Shown in pieces: positions 9,035 through 17,602 of a stretch of DNA of 64,000 nucleotides. Every line of letters begins with the position of its first letter. Position 1 is the stretch's first letter. Source of the stretch: a virus (lineage: Duplodnaviria; Heunggongvirae; Uroviricota; Caudoviricetes); the IMG/VR virus record IMGVR_UViG_3300042880_000509; one strand, written 5' to 3'. The translations under genes were made by a program, and so were the position numbers. The notes under the pieces are model-generated. The model worked only from the letters and a program-made list of their open reading frames with translations. It did no database searches and had not been told where the DNA came from.

Positions 9035-9705
9035 TATTCAAAATTCTCCTCTTTTAATATTATTGGTTCACCTTTTGTAGTATTTCTTTCAACCCATACA
9101 TGATATAAATAACCATTATTATTTTGATTGTATAATTTTAATACTCCGTTACCACCGGCGTCTTCATCCCAACTATCGGTTTCTAATACTTCACTAATCA
9201 TCATTATTACGTCATAAGCAAAAAATCTGGTGTCTTGACGATTTAATTCCTTATTATTATATGTTATTGTACAGTCAAAATTATTTTCGTGTCCAGAATA
9301 ATCAATTATAAGTTCTTCAAGTTCCATATCTTCCATAAATTTTGATAGTGAATAATAGTCTCTTAATTGTCTCCAATCAAATTTCCTATTATCTTTTGAT
9401 TCTGTATATGTAAAATATTTTGGTATTAACATTATTTCTCTTTTTTTTGGATAAACACTAAAATCAACCCAGTATGCTGGTTCGTGTTTATCTGTTCTAT
9501 TATAAAGTTCTTCACCATAATTGGTTAGTATTGAATGAAAAAACTTTTTAAATATATCAATAATTGTAAATCTATGAGTTCTTTCTGTTACCCAATTTTC
9601 AGGAAAATGCTCAATATCACCAATCAACATATCAATATTTGTTCCTATTGGCCCAATTGGATTAAGGTATGCCATTAGTGCTCTAAATGTTCTTTTTTTT
9701 AACAT
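9034..9705 (-). CDS. Tandem-paralog family member 1 (223 aa), most divergent copy
   Basis: N-terminus MLKKRTFRALMAYLNPIG. Shares the YPKK..I and W-x-DAGGNG motifs with the neighbouring copies. Confidence 0.6.
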   Translation of the reverse strand: MLKKRTFRALMAYLNPIGPIGTNIDMLIGDIEHFPENWVTERTHRFTIIDIFKKFFHSILTNYGEELYNRTDKHEPAYWVDFSVYPKKREIMLIPKYFTYTESKDNRKFDWRQLRDYYSLSKFMEDMELEELIIDYSGHENNFDCTITYNNKELNRQDTRFFAYDVIMMISEVLETDSWDEDAGGNGVLKLYNQNNNGYLYHVWVERNTTKGEPIILKEENFE

Positions 9706-9710
9706 ATTAT

Positions 9711-10388
9711 TTAAGGTAAAGAATCTTCTGTTATTTCAATATCAATTTCATTTGAATCATCGTCCTCAGTATTCCACTCGTGATTAACACTTATTTCATC
9801 TTTTGTAAATACAATATTTCCTTGTGATCCTTCATTTATTTCCCAGCCCCCATATTCTTCGAGTAAATCATAGCAAATATGTTCAATATCTTCATCTATT
9901 TGTCCATTCTTATTTTTAGATGTATAATCACTTTCAATGTATCCGGAATCACCACCACCATTATAACTTATAGTCATATCTTCAATTCCTTCGTGTTCTA
10001 AGAATTTTCTTACTTCCATAAATGTAGAATACATACCATCATCTTCTTCATAATCATCAATATATACTTCATATCCACTATCTGATGTGCCGTATGATGT
10101 AAACCTAACTTGGTTAAAAACAATTTTATTTTCAAACGGATAAATCTCTCCATCAACATAAAAATAATCACTTGCACTTTGTACAGAGCCAGGACCTTCA
10201 TCGTATAATTCATTGGTATATAGTTCAAGAATTGTTTGGAGATGTGATTCAAAATTTGATGTAATATCAACACCGTAATAAATATTTATATCTTCAATAT
10301 GAGTTTCACTTATTGTAATTTCAAAAGGTATTGATTCCTTTTTAAACCCTTTCAGGTATGCCATTAACATTTTAAATTTTTTTTTCAT
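9711..10388 (-). CDS. Tandem-paralog family member 2 (225 aa)
   Basis: MKKKFKMLMAYLKGFKK. Contains IYPFENKIVF, NGGGDSGYIES, GGWEINEGSQGNIVF and HEWNTED. Confidence 0.65.
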   Translation of the reverse strand: MKKKFKMLMAYLKGFKKESIPFEITISETHIEDINIYYGVDITSNFESHLQTILELYTNELYDEGPGSVQSASDYFYVDGEIYPFENKIVFNQVRFTSYGTSDSGYEVYIDDYEEDDGMYSTFMEVRKFLEHEGIEDMTISYNGGGDSGYIESDYTSKNKNGQIDEDIEHICYDLLEEYGGWEINEGSQGNIVFTKDEISVNHEWNTEDDDSNEIDIEITEDSLP

Positions 10389-11086
10389 TATTGGTAAGTA
10401 TCTAAATTTATTTCTAATCTCATATCAGTTGGTTCGTAATCTTGATCTTTGGTAAAACCTTTTACAAAAATACTGTCACCCCAAACTATAATGTTTCCTT
10501 CAGCACCGGCTTCCATATTCCAAAACCTACTATTAGTTATTTTTTGCATAAGTTCATTAGTAATCATCCATAAATCTTCACTCATTTGATTGGTAATTTT
10601 AATTAGTTGTCCATCAAGTTCAAGATCGTAAATATGACCATCATCCCAACGACCATAAAAATCAAATTCAAATTTTACTAGGTCTTCATTATCTTCATAA
10701 AATGATAATATTCTTTCTTTACTTTCTTTTGACATATCACCATAATATGTATCATATTTAAATCTTTCTCTATTTTCAACTTTACATGAAGATGTAAAAA
10801 TAATTTTATTTTCAAATGGATGTATTTCAATATTCAAATACCAATATTCGTCAATATCTAAATCAAGATAGTTATAAAAATCATCCATGTGATTTTTAAT
10901 TAATTCTTCTATGAATTTTTCAAAATGTGATGGTAATAATAGTCTTTTTGTATTTCTTTGTTCATTTGTCACATCAAATCTACCCCAATCTTCAATGTGA
11001 GTCCTATCCATTACAATAGAAGTATCAACAAGATGTCCTTTGAGTCCTCTTAAAAAAGCAAAAAATAATTTTAATCTTTGTTTCAT
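10388..11086 (-). CDS. Tandem-paralog family member 3 (232 aa)
   Basis: MKQRLKLFFAFLRGLKG. Contains IHPFENKIIF and WNMEAGAEGNIIVWG. Shares 1 nt with the neighbouring gene. Confidence 0.65.
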   Translation of the reverse strand: MKQRLKLFFAFLRGLKGHLVDTSIVMDRTHIEDWGRFDVTNEQRNTKRLLLPSHFEKFIEELIKNHMDDFYNYLDLDIDEYWYLNIEIHPFENKIIFTSSCKVENRERFKYDTYYGDMSKESKERILSFYEDNEDLVKFEFDFYGRWDDGHIYDLELDGQLIKITNQMSEDLWMITNELMQKITNSRFWNMEAGAEGNIIVWGDSIFVKGFTKDQDYEPTDMRLEINLDTYQ

Positions 11087-11772
11087 TCTTCTATATTGTC
11101 CGGTGTTACATTTATATTCATTTCTGTCATCTCATGATCTTTGGATTTTGTAAAAAATTCCATTCTTATTGATTTATCTTTCTCAACGTAAATTGTACCG
11201 TAACTACCAGGTCCATCAGTCCACCATCTGTCAAGAATATTTGTCATTAATTGATCTGTTAACTCAATATAATTTATATCGTCATTTATAAAAATATAAA
11301 AATCAAGGTTAACATCTATTTGATCATAATTACCATTAAATTCAAAATTAAATTTATCTTTATCTTTTAGATCTTCATTAAATATTGTATCAACTAAATC
11401 AAGAGTAGTTGTTGATAATTGTGTATTTTTTCTATTTAAACTAAATGTTTGTTGGCCATCATATTCGCTTACTATCTCACATTCGCTTTGAAAATTTATT
11501 CTATTTTGTTTTGGGTAAACATATACAAGTAATGTCCACCATTCACTTTCATCATAATCGTTTTCTCTGTGAAACTTTTGCATATATGATTTTAATATGT
11601 CCTCAAATGTCTCTTGTAATTTTGTTGGTAATTCTATTTCTTTACCTTCTTTGGTTGTAAATTTTAAATCCCAACTTTCCATATGGTTATAGTCAAAATT
11701 GATATATGTATCCAATACATCTGTTTTAAATGCTCTAAAATATGCAAGTAATAATTTTAATTTTTGTTTCAT
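11083..11772 (-). CDS. Tandem-paralog family member 4 (229 aa)
   Basis: MKQKLKLLLAYFRAFKT. Contains VYPKQNRINF and WWTDGPGSYGTIYVE. 4-nt overlap with the neighbouring gene. Confidence 0.65.
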   Translation of the reverse strand: MKQKLKLLLAYFRAFKTDVLDTYINFDYNHMESWDLKFTTKEGKEIELPTKLQETFEDILKSYMQKFHRENDYDESEWWTLLVYVYPKQNRINFQSECEIVSEYDGQQTFSLNRKNTQLSTTTLDLVDTIFNEDLKDKDKFNFEFNGNYDQIDVNLDFYIFINDDINYIELTDQLMTNILDRWWTDGPGSYGTIYVEKDKSIRMEFFTKSKDHEMTEMNINVTPDNIEE

Positions 11773-12437
11773 TCTTCCAGGTCATCTTCTTTAATTTCAA
11801 TTGTATCATGACAATCAACCATTTCTCTCATATTCCATTCGTGAGAAATTACAATTTCCAAATTATTATTTAATTCAATTGTTCCGACAGATCCGTCATC
11901 TATCTCCCAACCACCGTAAGCGTTTTCTAGATTATCATAAAGTGTGTTCCAAATTAATTTATTGTCATCACTATCTGAATGCCAGGTAATGTTTGAACTT
12001 TCACCATCAACTGTTATTGAATCGATATCTCCGCTGTCTCCACCACCACTATATCTTGCTTCAATTATTTCAACACCAGTTGTTTTAAAATAATCTTCTA
12101 ATTCTGGGTTTTTTAATTTTCTTTCATAAGTTTCAGCTTGTGATGTATATTCTTCTGCTTTCATTGAAACCACAATTTTTTTATCTTTCGGGTATATGTC
12201 GGCAATTACATTATAGTAATCGCTTTCACTCCAGCAATCTATATCATTTATTTGATCTTCTATTGACTCTAAAATATCAGTAATAAGGTTAACAATATTT
12301 TTAGGTAGTGATTGTATTTCAACACCAAAAGGCCATTGCCATTCAGTATTACCATCATAATTGTTCCATATAACAGATATTTTGTCCTTTTTGAGTTTAG
12401 ACAAAAAAGACATTAACATTCTAAATTTTCTTTTCAT
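11769..12437 (-). CDS. Tandem-paralog family member 5 (222 aa)
   Basis: MKRKFRMLMSFLSKLKK. Contains IYPKDKKIVV, YSGGGDSGDIDS, GGWEIDDGSVGTIEL and SHEWNMRE. 4-nt overlap with the neighbouring gene. Confidence 0.65.
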   Translation of the reverse strand: MKRKFRMLMSFLSKLKKDKISVIWNNYDGNTEWQWPFGVEIQSLPKNIVNLITDILESIEDQINDIDCWSESDYYNVIADIYPKDKKIVVSMKAEEYTSQAETYERKLKNPELEDYFKTTGVEIIEARYSGGGDSGDIDSITVDGESSNITWHSDSDDNKLIWNTLYDNLENAYGGWEIDDGSVGTIELNNNLEIVISHEWNMREMVDCHDTIEIKEDDLEE

Positions 12438-12450
12438 ATTTTATAAATAC

Positions 12451-12804
12451 TTAGTCATCAAATTTAAGATCAAGTGTTCTCATCATCCACATAGGTTTTT
12501 CTTTGGCTTCAATTGCTTTTATCCATTCTTTTGCCGATGGAATATAATTAAAACAATCTTCTTTTACGTGATCCTCACCAACATATCTGGTATAAACCTT
12601 TTTTCCGTCACTATTTTCAAATGATTCTCCGAATATTTTTTCACATTCAAATATACCTTCTGAATGGTGTCTAAACATTCTGTGTGTTGAATGTCCTATC
12701 CAGGATTTTGTTTGATCAAACCAATTATGGATGTGAATGTAGTCTTCTACTTTTCCCCCGTATTTCTTAACGGAACTTTTTGCATGAATTAATGGGTGTG
12801 CCAT
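12451..12804 (-). CDS. His-rich hypothetical protein (117 aa), first gene of the minus-strand operon containing the paralog array
   Basis: Non-repetitive ORF with multiple His (IHIHNWF, HSTHRMFRHHSEG). Divergent from the plus-strand gene at 12867. Confidence 0.55.
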   Translation of the reverse strand: MAHPLIHAKSSVKKYGGKVEDYIHIHNWFDQTKSWIGHSTHRMFRHHSEGIFECEKIFGESFENSDGKKVYTRYVGEDHVKEDCFNYIPSAKEWIKAIEAKEKPMWMMRTLDLKFDD

Positions 12805-12866
12805 AAGTATTTCTTTTTTTAATAAGTATAGATTTCACAACCCATTTTTGTAGTATTTATATTAAT
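12805..12866. promoter_or_regulatory. Divergent intergenic region between the 12804 (-) and 12867 (+) gene starts; presumed bidirectional promoter region
   Basis: 62-nt AT-rich gap between divergent start codons. No promoter motif was confidently identified. Confidence 0.3.
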
Positions 12867-13559
12867 ATGAAAAACCTTATTAGGAAAATATTAAAAGAAG
12901 AGACATCTGACAGAGCAAAAGAAAAACTTGTAAAGCCATATCTTTCAAAATTTGAAAATGTTGGTTATGTTGAAAACGATGATATACCATATTTTGAATC
13001 TAATAGTTTAAATGAGAATAGTAATCCAGTCAAAAACTTTTGGTTTAAAAAATGGACCAAACAAAAAGAAAAGGGTGAGAATCCATCAATTTATGATATT
13101 GAAAAGTTAGGGTTTTCTAATAAAAGAAATGAGATTGTTCAATACTTTGTAGATTTTATGGGTTACGGTGATGGAAACACAAGATCTAACGCTATTAAAC
13201 AATATCTCTTAAATCATACTTTTACGGAGAAAGAAATTACCGAAATGGATAACTTTGATCAGGGTAAAATTCAAATAAGATTTAATAAAGTTCAATTTTT
13301 AGAAAGTCAAAATAATTACGGTAAAAACTTTTTAGATTTAGATTGCGAATTTGTTGTTTTAAGTGGTTCATTTTATAATAGTGAAGAAGGTGAAACTTAT
13401 AACTTTTCAAGTGACGATAATCCATTTGATGATTTTGTAACATACTTTGAGTTTAAAGAAGAAATAGAACAAGTTGTTGAGAGTTTTGTACATAAAGTTG
13501 TTGAGTTGTTTGGTTTTAATATAAACAATGATTTTGATTATATCAGTGTAAAATGGTAA
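12867..13559 (+). CDS. Hypothetical protein with shared leader (MKNLIRKILKEET)
   Basis: 230 aa. Leader nearly identical to that of the DHH protein. Stop overlaps the next start (TAATG). Confidence 0.6.
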   Translation: MKNLIRKILKEETSDRAKEKLVKPYLSKFENVGYVENDDIPYFESNSLNENSNPVKNFWFKKWTKQKEKGENPSIYDIEKLGFSNKRNEIVQYFVDFMGYGDGNTRSNAIKQYLLNHTFTEKEITEMDNFDQGKIQIRFNKVQFLESQNNYGKNFLDLDCEFVVLSGSFYNSEEGETYNFSSDDNPFDDFVTYFEFKEEIEQVVESFVHKVVELFGFNINNDFDYISVKW

Positions 13560-14134
13560 TGAAAAATTTAATTAAAAAAATATTAAAGGAAGAGGAAGGT
13601 AATAAGGTTGTAAAAAACTATGTTACTAAAATGTTTAAAAAACAAGTTGATTCTGGTTTAACACCACGCATACCATATGAAGATTTACGAAAAAAAAAAC
13701 TTACCCAACATATTGAGCTAATTGATAAATGGTATTTTGAATTTTTGGAAAATCATTATGGTGTTAGTAGTGGTTTTGAAAAAGCTAAAACTTTATATGA
13801 AGAAGCGGTTAAGACTGTTACTGAAAAGGATTTAAAAAGTGTTGACATTGATACTGGCCAAGACAAATTTTTGGTATCAATTCCCTGGATAGAGTTTTAT
13901 GATATAGATTCTGAAAGAAGAAATGTTGTTTTTGGTTTTGCGATAATTGACTGTTATTTAGAAACTGATAATGGAATGAAAACATATGAAGAAATGTTAG
14001 ATAATACGTTTCCAGATTACATGTGGAATGATGTAACTGATATTTTAAGACAACAAATTGAGGAATATGTTCAAATTAGGGGTTACGATTTTGGTCTTGA
14101 TATTCTTGTTTCAGAATCGGTTTGGTCTGATTAA
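13559..14134 (+). CDS. Hypothetical protein with shared leader (MKNLIKKILKEEE)
   Basis: Start taken at the second ATG (13559), overlapping the upstream stop. Followed by a hairpin terminator. Confidence 0.6.
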   Translation: MKNLIKKILKEEEGNKVVKNYVTKMFKKQVDSGLTPRIPYEDLRKKKLTQHIELIDKWYFEFLENHYGVSSGFEKAKTLYEEAVKTVTEKDLKSVDIDTGQDKFLVSIPWIEFYDIDSERRNVVFGFAIIDCYLETDNGMKTYEEMLDNTFPDYMWNDVTDILRQQIEEYVQIRGYDFGLDILVSESVWSD

Positions 14135-14140
14135 AAATAA

Positions 14141-14170
14141 AAAAACCGGACTTTTGATCCGGTTTTAATT
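14141..14170. terminator. Intrinsic terminator hairpin (AACCGGA...TCCGGTT) flanked by A/T runs, between convergent genes
   Basis: Stem of 7 bp with a 7-nt loop. A-run upstream and T-run downstream allow function on both strands. Confidence 0.6.
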
Positions 14171-14419
14171 TTAAAGTGAGTAATTTACTCTTTTATTACC
14201 CAAAGCTTCAATCGCATGTTGTACAGCTTCATCTTTGGTTTTGAAGTTTCCTTTAACTAGTTTTTTTGCATGAAGGATGTTATAAACTGTTGATTTAACA
14301 TCTGGCATTACAAACTTGTACTTTGATTCTTTTTTTGGTTTAAAACTGTCTTTTGCATAAACATCCAAGTAACCAACTTTTGTGATGTAACGTCCTTTGT
14401 TTCCTGATTTTGTTGCCAT
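14171..14419 (-). CDS. Small basic hypothetical protein (82 aa)
   Basis: ORF immediately after the terminator. Lys-rich. Confidence 0.5.
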   Translation of the reverse strand: MATKSGNKGRYITKVGYLDVYAKDSFKPKKESKYKFVMPDVKSTVYNILHAKKLVKGNFKTKDEAVQHAIEALGNKRVNYSL

Positions 14420-14464
14420 TTTTTATTTTTTTGTTTTAATTAATACTTCTACAAATCTACAAAT

Positions 14465-14833
14465 TTATATTTGATCTGACAACATAAAATTTAAAAATTT
14501 TCTAATTGTTCTCATAAATTTTTGTCTTTCTGGGTTATTAACATTTTCAGGACCAAAAAACCAATCACCAACCATATCAGTTTCTTCAACTAACATTTCA
14601 ACAATTTTATATTCCATTTGTTTTTTACTATTAAAAGTATTAAAACCAAACCCAGGAAATCCATCAAAAGTATATTCGGTAACACTTAAAGGTTCAAAAT
14701 CTCCAAAATCACCACCGAGGTTTCTTTTATTTTTTTGAACTCTTCTAATTAAAAAATTAAATATACTAGAATCAAACTCCTCGTTTTGTGAGGAGTTTGA
14801 ATCATTGTTATTTTCTCTTATTCTATATCTCAT
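14465..14833 (-). CDS. Hypothetical protein (122 aa)
   Basis: ORF with a 4-nt start/stop overlap with the upstream gene. Confidence 0.5.
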   Translation of the reverse strand: MRYRIRENNNDSNSSQNEEFDSSIFNFLIRRVQKNKRNLGGDFGDFEPLSVTEYTFDGFPGFGFNTFNSKKQMEYKIVEMLVEETDMVGDWFFGPENVNNPERQKFMRTIRKFLNFMLSDQI

Positions 14834-15372
14834 TTAAGAAATCTTAATTTATAGATTGTTGAGTTAATTAGTTCTTGAACTGTATCAATTTGATTTTGAA
14901 TGTAGCTGTCTTCAACAGAATCTCTATTTTCTTCAATTATATCAAGTAGTCTTTCAAAATAAGAAATTGTTTTCTTTCCATTTCTATATTGTTCTACTTT
15001 GAAAGTTTTGAAATTTTTAATAATTCCATACTTTCCTTGGTATGATTCAACAATCCCATCAAACAATGCTACAACCGCATCATAATAACCATTCAACGCA
15101 ATGTGTTCGGCGTAAGATTTTGTTTGTAAGTGAAACACATGAGCCTGATTTCTTGAGTGTAAGATATTACATACCATTTCACAAAAATCATCATTTGATT
15201 CGTTTTCTACATCATCATCCTCTTCCTCTTGATCATCTTCTTCATCATCAATATCTTCTTCATCCCCTTCGTTTTCATCATCTTCAAAATCCTCATCTTC
15301 TTCATCTTCTTCTTCAAAGATGTTTCTTTTTTTGAGTTCTTCATAAAGTTTTTCTGTTAAATTCTTTTCCAT
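14830..15372 (-). CDS. Highly acidic protein (about 50-aa D/E tract) with a structured C-terminal domain
   Basis: EEDEEDEDFEDDENEGDEEDIDDEEDDQEEEDDDVENESNDD followed by a non-repetitive 120-aa C-terminus. Confidence 0.55.
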   Translation of the reverse strand: MEKNLTEKLYEELKKRNIFEEEDEEDEDFEDDENEGDEEDIDDEEDDQEEEDDDVENESNDDFCEMVCNILHSRNQAHVFHLQTKSYAEHIALNGYYDAVVALFDGIVESYQGKYGIIKNFKTFKVEQYRNGKKTISYFERLLDIIEENRDSVEDSYIQNQIDTVQELINSTIYKLRFLK

Positions 15373-15425
15373 AATTTTATATTTTAATTTATTATAAATA
15401 TTACGGAATTTGTGAATTTAGTAAA

Positions 15426-16124
15426 TTATACTTCAACAAACTCAATTTCATTTGTTTCTGGATCCCAATCAATAGTCAAAGGACGATTACGAAATTCATA
15501 ACGACCATTAAGAACTGCAGCATTTATGTAGTGAGTTGTACCATCAAAAACATAACCATAACCTTCGTGGATGTGACCAAATACGTGGATTTTTGGTTTG
15601 ATTTCTTGAACTTTTAACAACAATTCCTCACAACCAACATTTACATTATCGTATCGTACATAATCTAATTTACCCATTGGTGGTCCGTGAGTGATAAGAA
15701 TGTCAGTATCAACAGGTATCATGTCCCATTTTTCTTTTATCTTTTCACCACGAGGAAGATTGAATGCCCAATTATGAAATTCCGGTTGCCAAGGACTACC
15801 CCAGATTTTAACCATTTTTTCATATTCTTCACCAGCCATCATCCAATCGTCTTGAAGATACTCTATAGTTTTGTAACCGGTAAGGATTCCTTTAACTTTT
15901 TCGTTGTCATCTTGGAACCCAAAATCGTGATTACCACATATGAATACTTTGGTATCGTAGTTATTGATTTTATCATACCACTTAGCGAAGTTTTCTATTT
16001 CAGTAAGATATCCTCGGCTAGTTAAATCACCAGCATGTATTAATATATCACCACCAATCAAGAAACCGTTAAGTTTATCGTGTTTGGTGTGAGTGTCGCT
16101 TATAAATGTGATTCTTTTTTTCAT
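15426..16124 (-). CDS. Calcineurin-like metallophosphoesterase
   Basis: Motifs ISDTHTKHD (DxH), GGDILIHAGDLTSRG (GDxxD), ICGNHD (GNHD/E), ITHGPP and VFGHIHEGYG (GHxH). Confidence 0.8.
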   Translation of the reverse strand: MKKRITFISDTHTKHDKLNGFLIGGDILIHAGDLTSRGYLTEIENFAKWYDKINNYDTKVFICGNHDFGFQDDNEKVKGILTGYKTIEYLQDDWMMAGEEYEKMVKIWGSPWQPEFHNWAFNLPRGEKIKEKWDMIPVDTDILITHGPPMGKLDYVRYDNVNVGCEELLLKVQEIKPKIHVFGHIHEGYGYVFDGTTHYINAAVLNGRYEFRNRPLTIDWDPETNEIEFVEV

Positions 16125-16141
16125 AATACAAATATAGTAAA

Positions 16142-16570
16142 TTATTCTTGATTAATTAAAGTTGATTTGATATTTTGTTCAATTAAAGTTTCAATTCTTC
16201 TTCTACCTTTTTCTCCAACTGGAATTGGGTTACCTTCTTCATCAATATGAACAAATTTTATATTTGTTCTTAATACAATATGTTGTTTTCCGGTATAAAC
16301 ATTATGAGCTCTAGCTTCCATGTATAATGTAATAGATGAGTTTCCGACTTTACTTGGATAACCGTATATTTTTAATAACTGACTTTCTTTTGCTGGTTTT
16401 TCAAAATTACATTTATCTATTGATACTGTAACCATTCTTGGTGTGTCACATAGTTGCATTGCGTAACCAGCAGCTGAAGCGTCAATCCAGGCAAGTAATT
16501 TTCCACCGAAAAGATTTCCGTGAAAACCTAGATCTGATTTTTTAATTGGGTGTGAGTTTAGAAATTCCAT
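16142..16570 (-). CDS. Hotdog-fold acyl-CoA thioesterase (YciA-like)
   Basis: HGNLFGGKLLAWIDASAAGYA matches the YciA/4HBT thioesterase N-terminal signature. Length 142 aa. Confidence 0.65.
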   Translation of the reverse strand: MEFLNSHPIKKSDLGFHGNLFGGKLLAWIDASAAGYAMQLCDTPRMVTVSIDKCNFEKPAKESQLLKIYGYPSKVGNSSITLYMEARAHNVYTGKQHIVLRTNIKFVHIDEEGNPIPVGEKGRRRIETLIEQNIKSTLINQE

Positions 16571-16890
16571 TAGTAAGTATCAATTTGTTTTTTAATTTTA
16601 TTTAATAATTCTTCAGATATATTCTCAACACTTAAAACCTCTTCCAAGAGTTCTTTTATTTCTTTCTTTGATCTTTCTTTTGATTTATGTCTTGTTTTTA
16701 ATTCAACCTGATATAAATGAAATGCTATCTCATCTACAGTTCTAAGCTTAATTAAATACTTTTCAACTCTTTGGTCTAGTTTTCTACTTCTACTAACATC
16801 AACAACTGTTGGTAATGCCTTAAATAGTTCATCTAACCGACCTTTAAGGTATTGTATTTCTCCGAATTTTGAAATTTCTTTATCTGTCAT
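16570..16890 (-). CDS. Hypothetical coiled-coil protein (start reassigned to Met30 of the track ORF)
   Basis: The first 29 codons of the track ORF are F/Y-rich, low-complexity read-through. MTDKEISKFGEIQ looks like a genuine start. Confidence 0.45.
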   Translation of the reverse strand: MTDKEISKFGEIQYLKGRLDELFKALPTVVDVSRSRKLDQRVEKYLIKLRTVDEIAFHLYQVELKTRHKSKERSKKEIKELLEEVLSVENISEELLNKIKKQIDTY

Positions 16891-16981
16891 AACATAAAAA
16901 TAGAATAATTTTACTTTGTAATCAATAAAGAAATTGATCAATTTTAAAATGTGAATATATTTATTAGTTAAAAACATTTAT
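16891..16981. promoter_or_regulatory. Divergent intergenic region (presumed promoters for the 16890 (-) and 16982 (+) genes)
   Basis: About 90-nt AT-rich gap between divergent starts. Confidence 0.3.
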
Positions 16982-17593
16982 ATGAATAGTTGGGTTGAGT
17001 TAGGAGTTGCTTTTACAACAGGTGTGCTGGGTCCTATTTCTGTAATTTTAGTTAAAAATTACATAGATAAGAGAAAGAAAAAACCAGATATGGTTAAAGA
17101 AACTTTAAAAGTTAGTGAATTAATTAATCAAAAAATTGAACATATAAAAGACGAATTTAATGTTGATAGAGTTTGGGTAACCCAATTTCATAATGGTGGT
17201 AACTTCTATCCTACCGGTAAATCAATGGCGAAGTTTTCAGTTATGTATGAATCAGTTAATCCTGGTGTTTCCTCAATTCAAAGTAATTTTCATAATATCC
17301 CAGTTAATTTATTTTCAAAATCAATAAATGAACTTTTACAAAATGACTCAATTGAAATACCTGATTATAAAGATGAGACTATAGGTACGTATGGTTTGAA
17401 ATATATTGCCGAAGAGTCCGGTTGTAAGTCTAGTTACCTTTTTGCAATCAAAACAATTGATGGTAGGTTTATCGGAACATTAGGTCTTGACTATACCAAA
17501 AGAAAAACAAAATTGGATATGGAGTCAATTAACCACCTTATGGTTCATGCGTCATCAATTGGTGGTGTATTAATGACGCATCTTGAACAATAA
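16982..17593 (+). CDS. Hypothetical protein with N-terminal hydrophobic segment (203 aa)
   Basis: ORF. N-terminus GVAFTTGVLGPISVILV is hydrophobic. Confidence 0.55.
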   Translation: MNSWVELGVAFTTGVLGPISVILVKNYIDKRKKKPDMVKETLKVSELINQKIEHIKDEFNVDRVWVTQFHNGGNFYPTGKSMAKFSVMYESVNPGVSSIQSNFHNIPVNLFSKSINELLQNDSIEIPDYKDETIGTYGLKYIAEESGCKSSYLFAIKTIDGRFIGTLGLDYTKRKTKLDMESINHLMVHASSIGGVLMTHLEQ

Positions 17594-17602
17594 GTTATAG
17601 AA

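Noticed and set aside
15180-15310. Apparent tandem nucleotide repeat (gat/gaa-rich) around 15180-15310
   Set aside because: It is codon-level low complexity encoding the Asp/Glu tract of 14830..15372, not a non-coding tandem repeat or CRISPR-like array.
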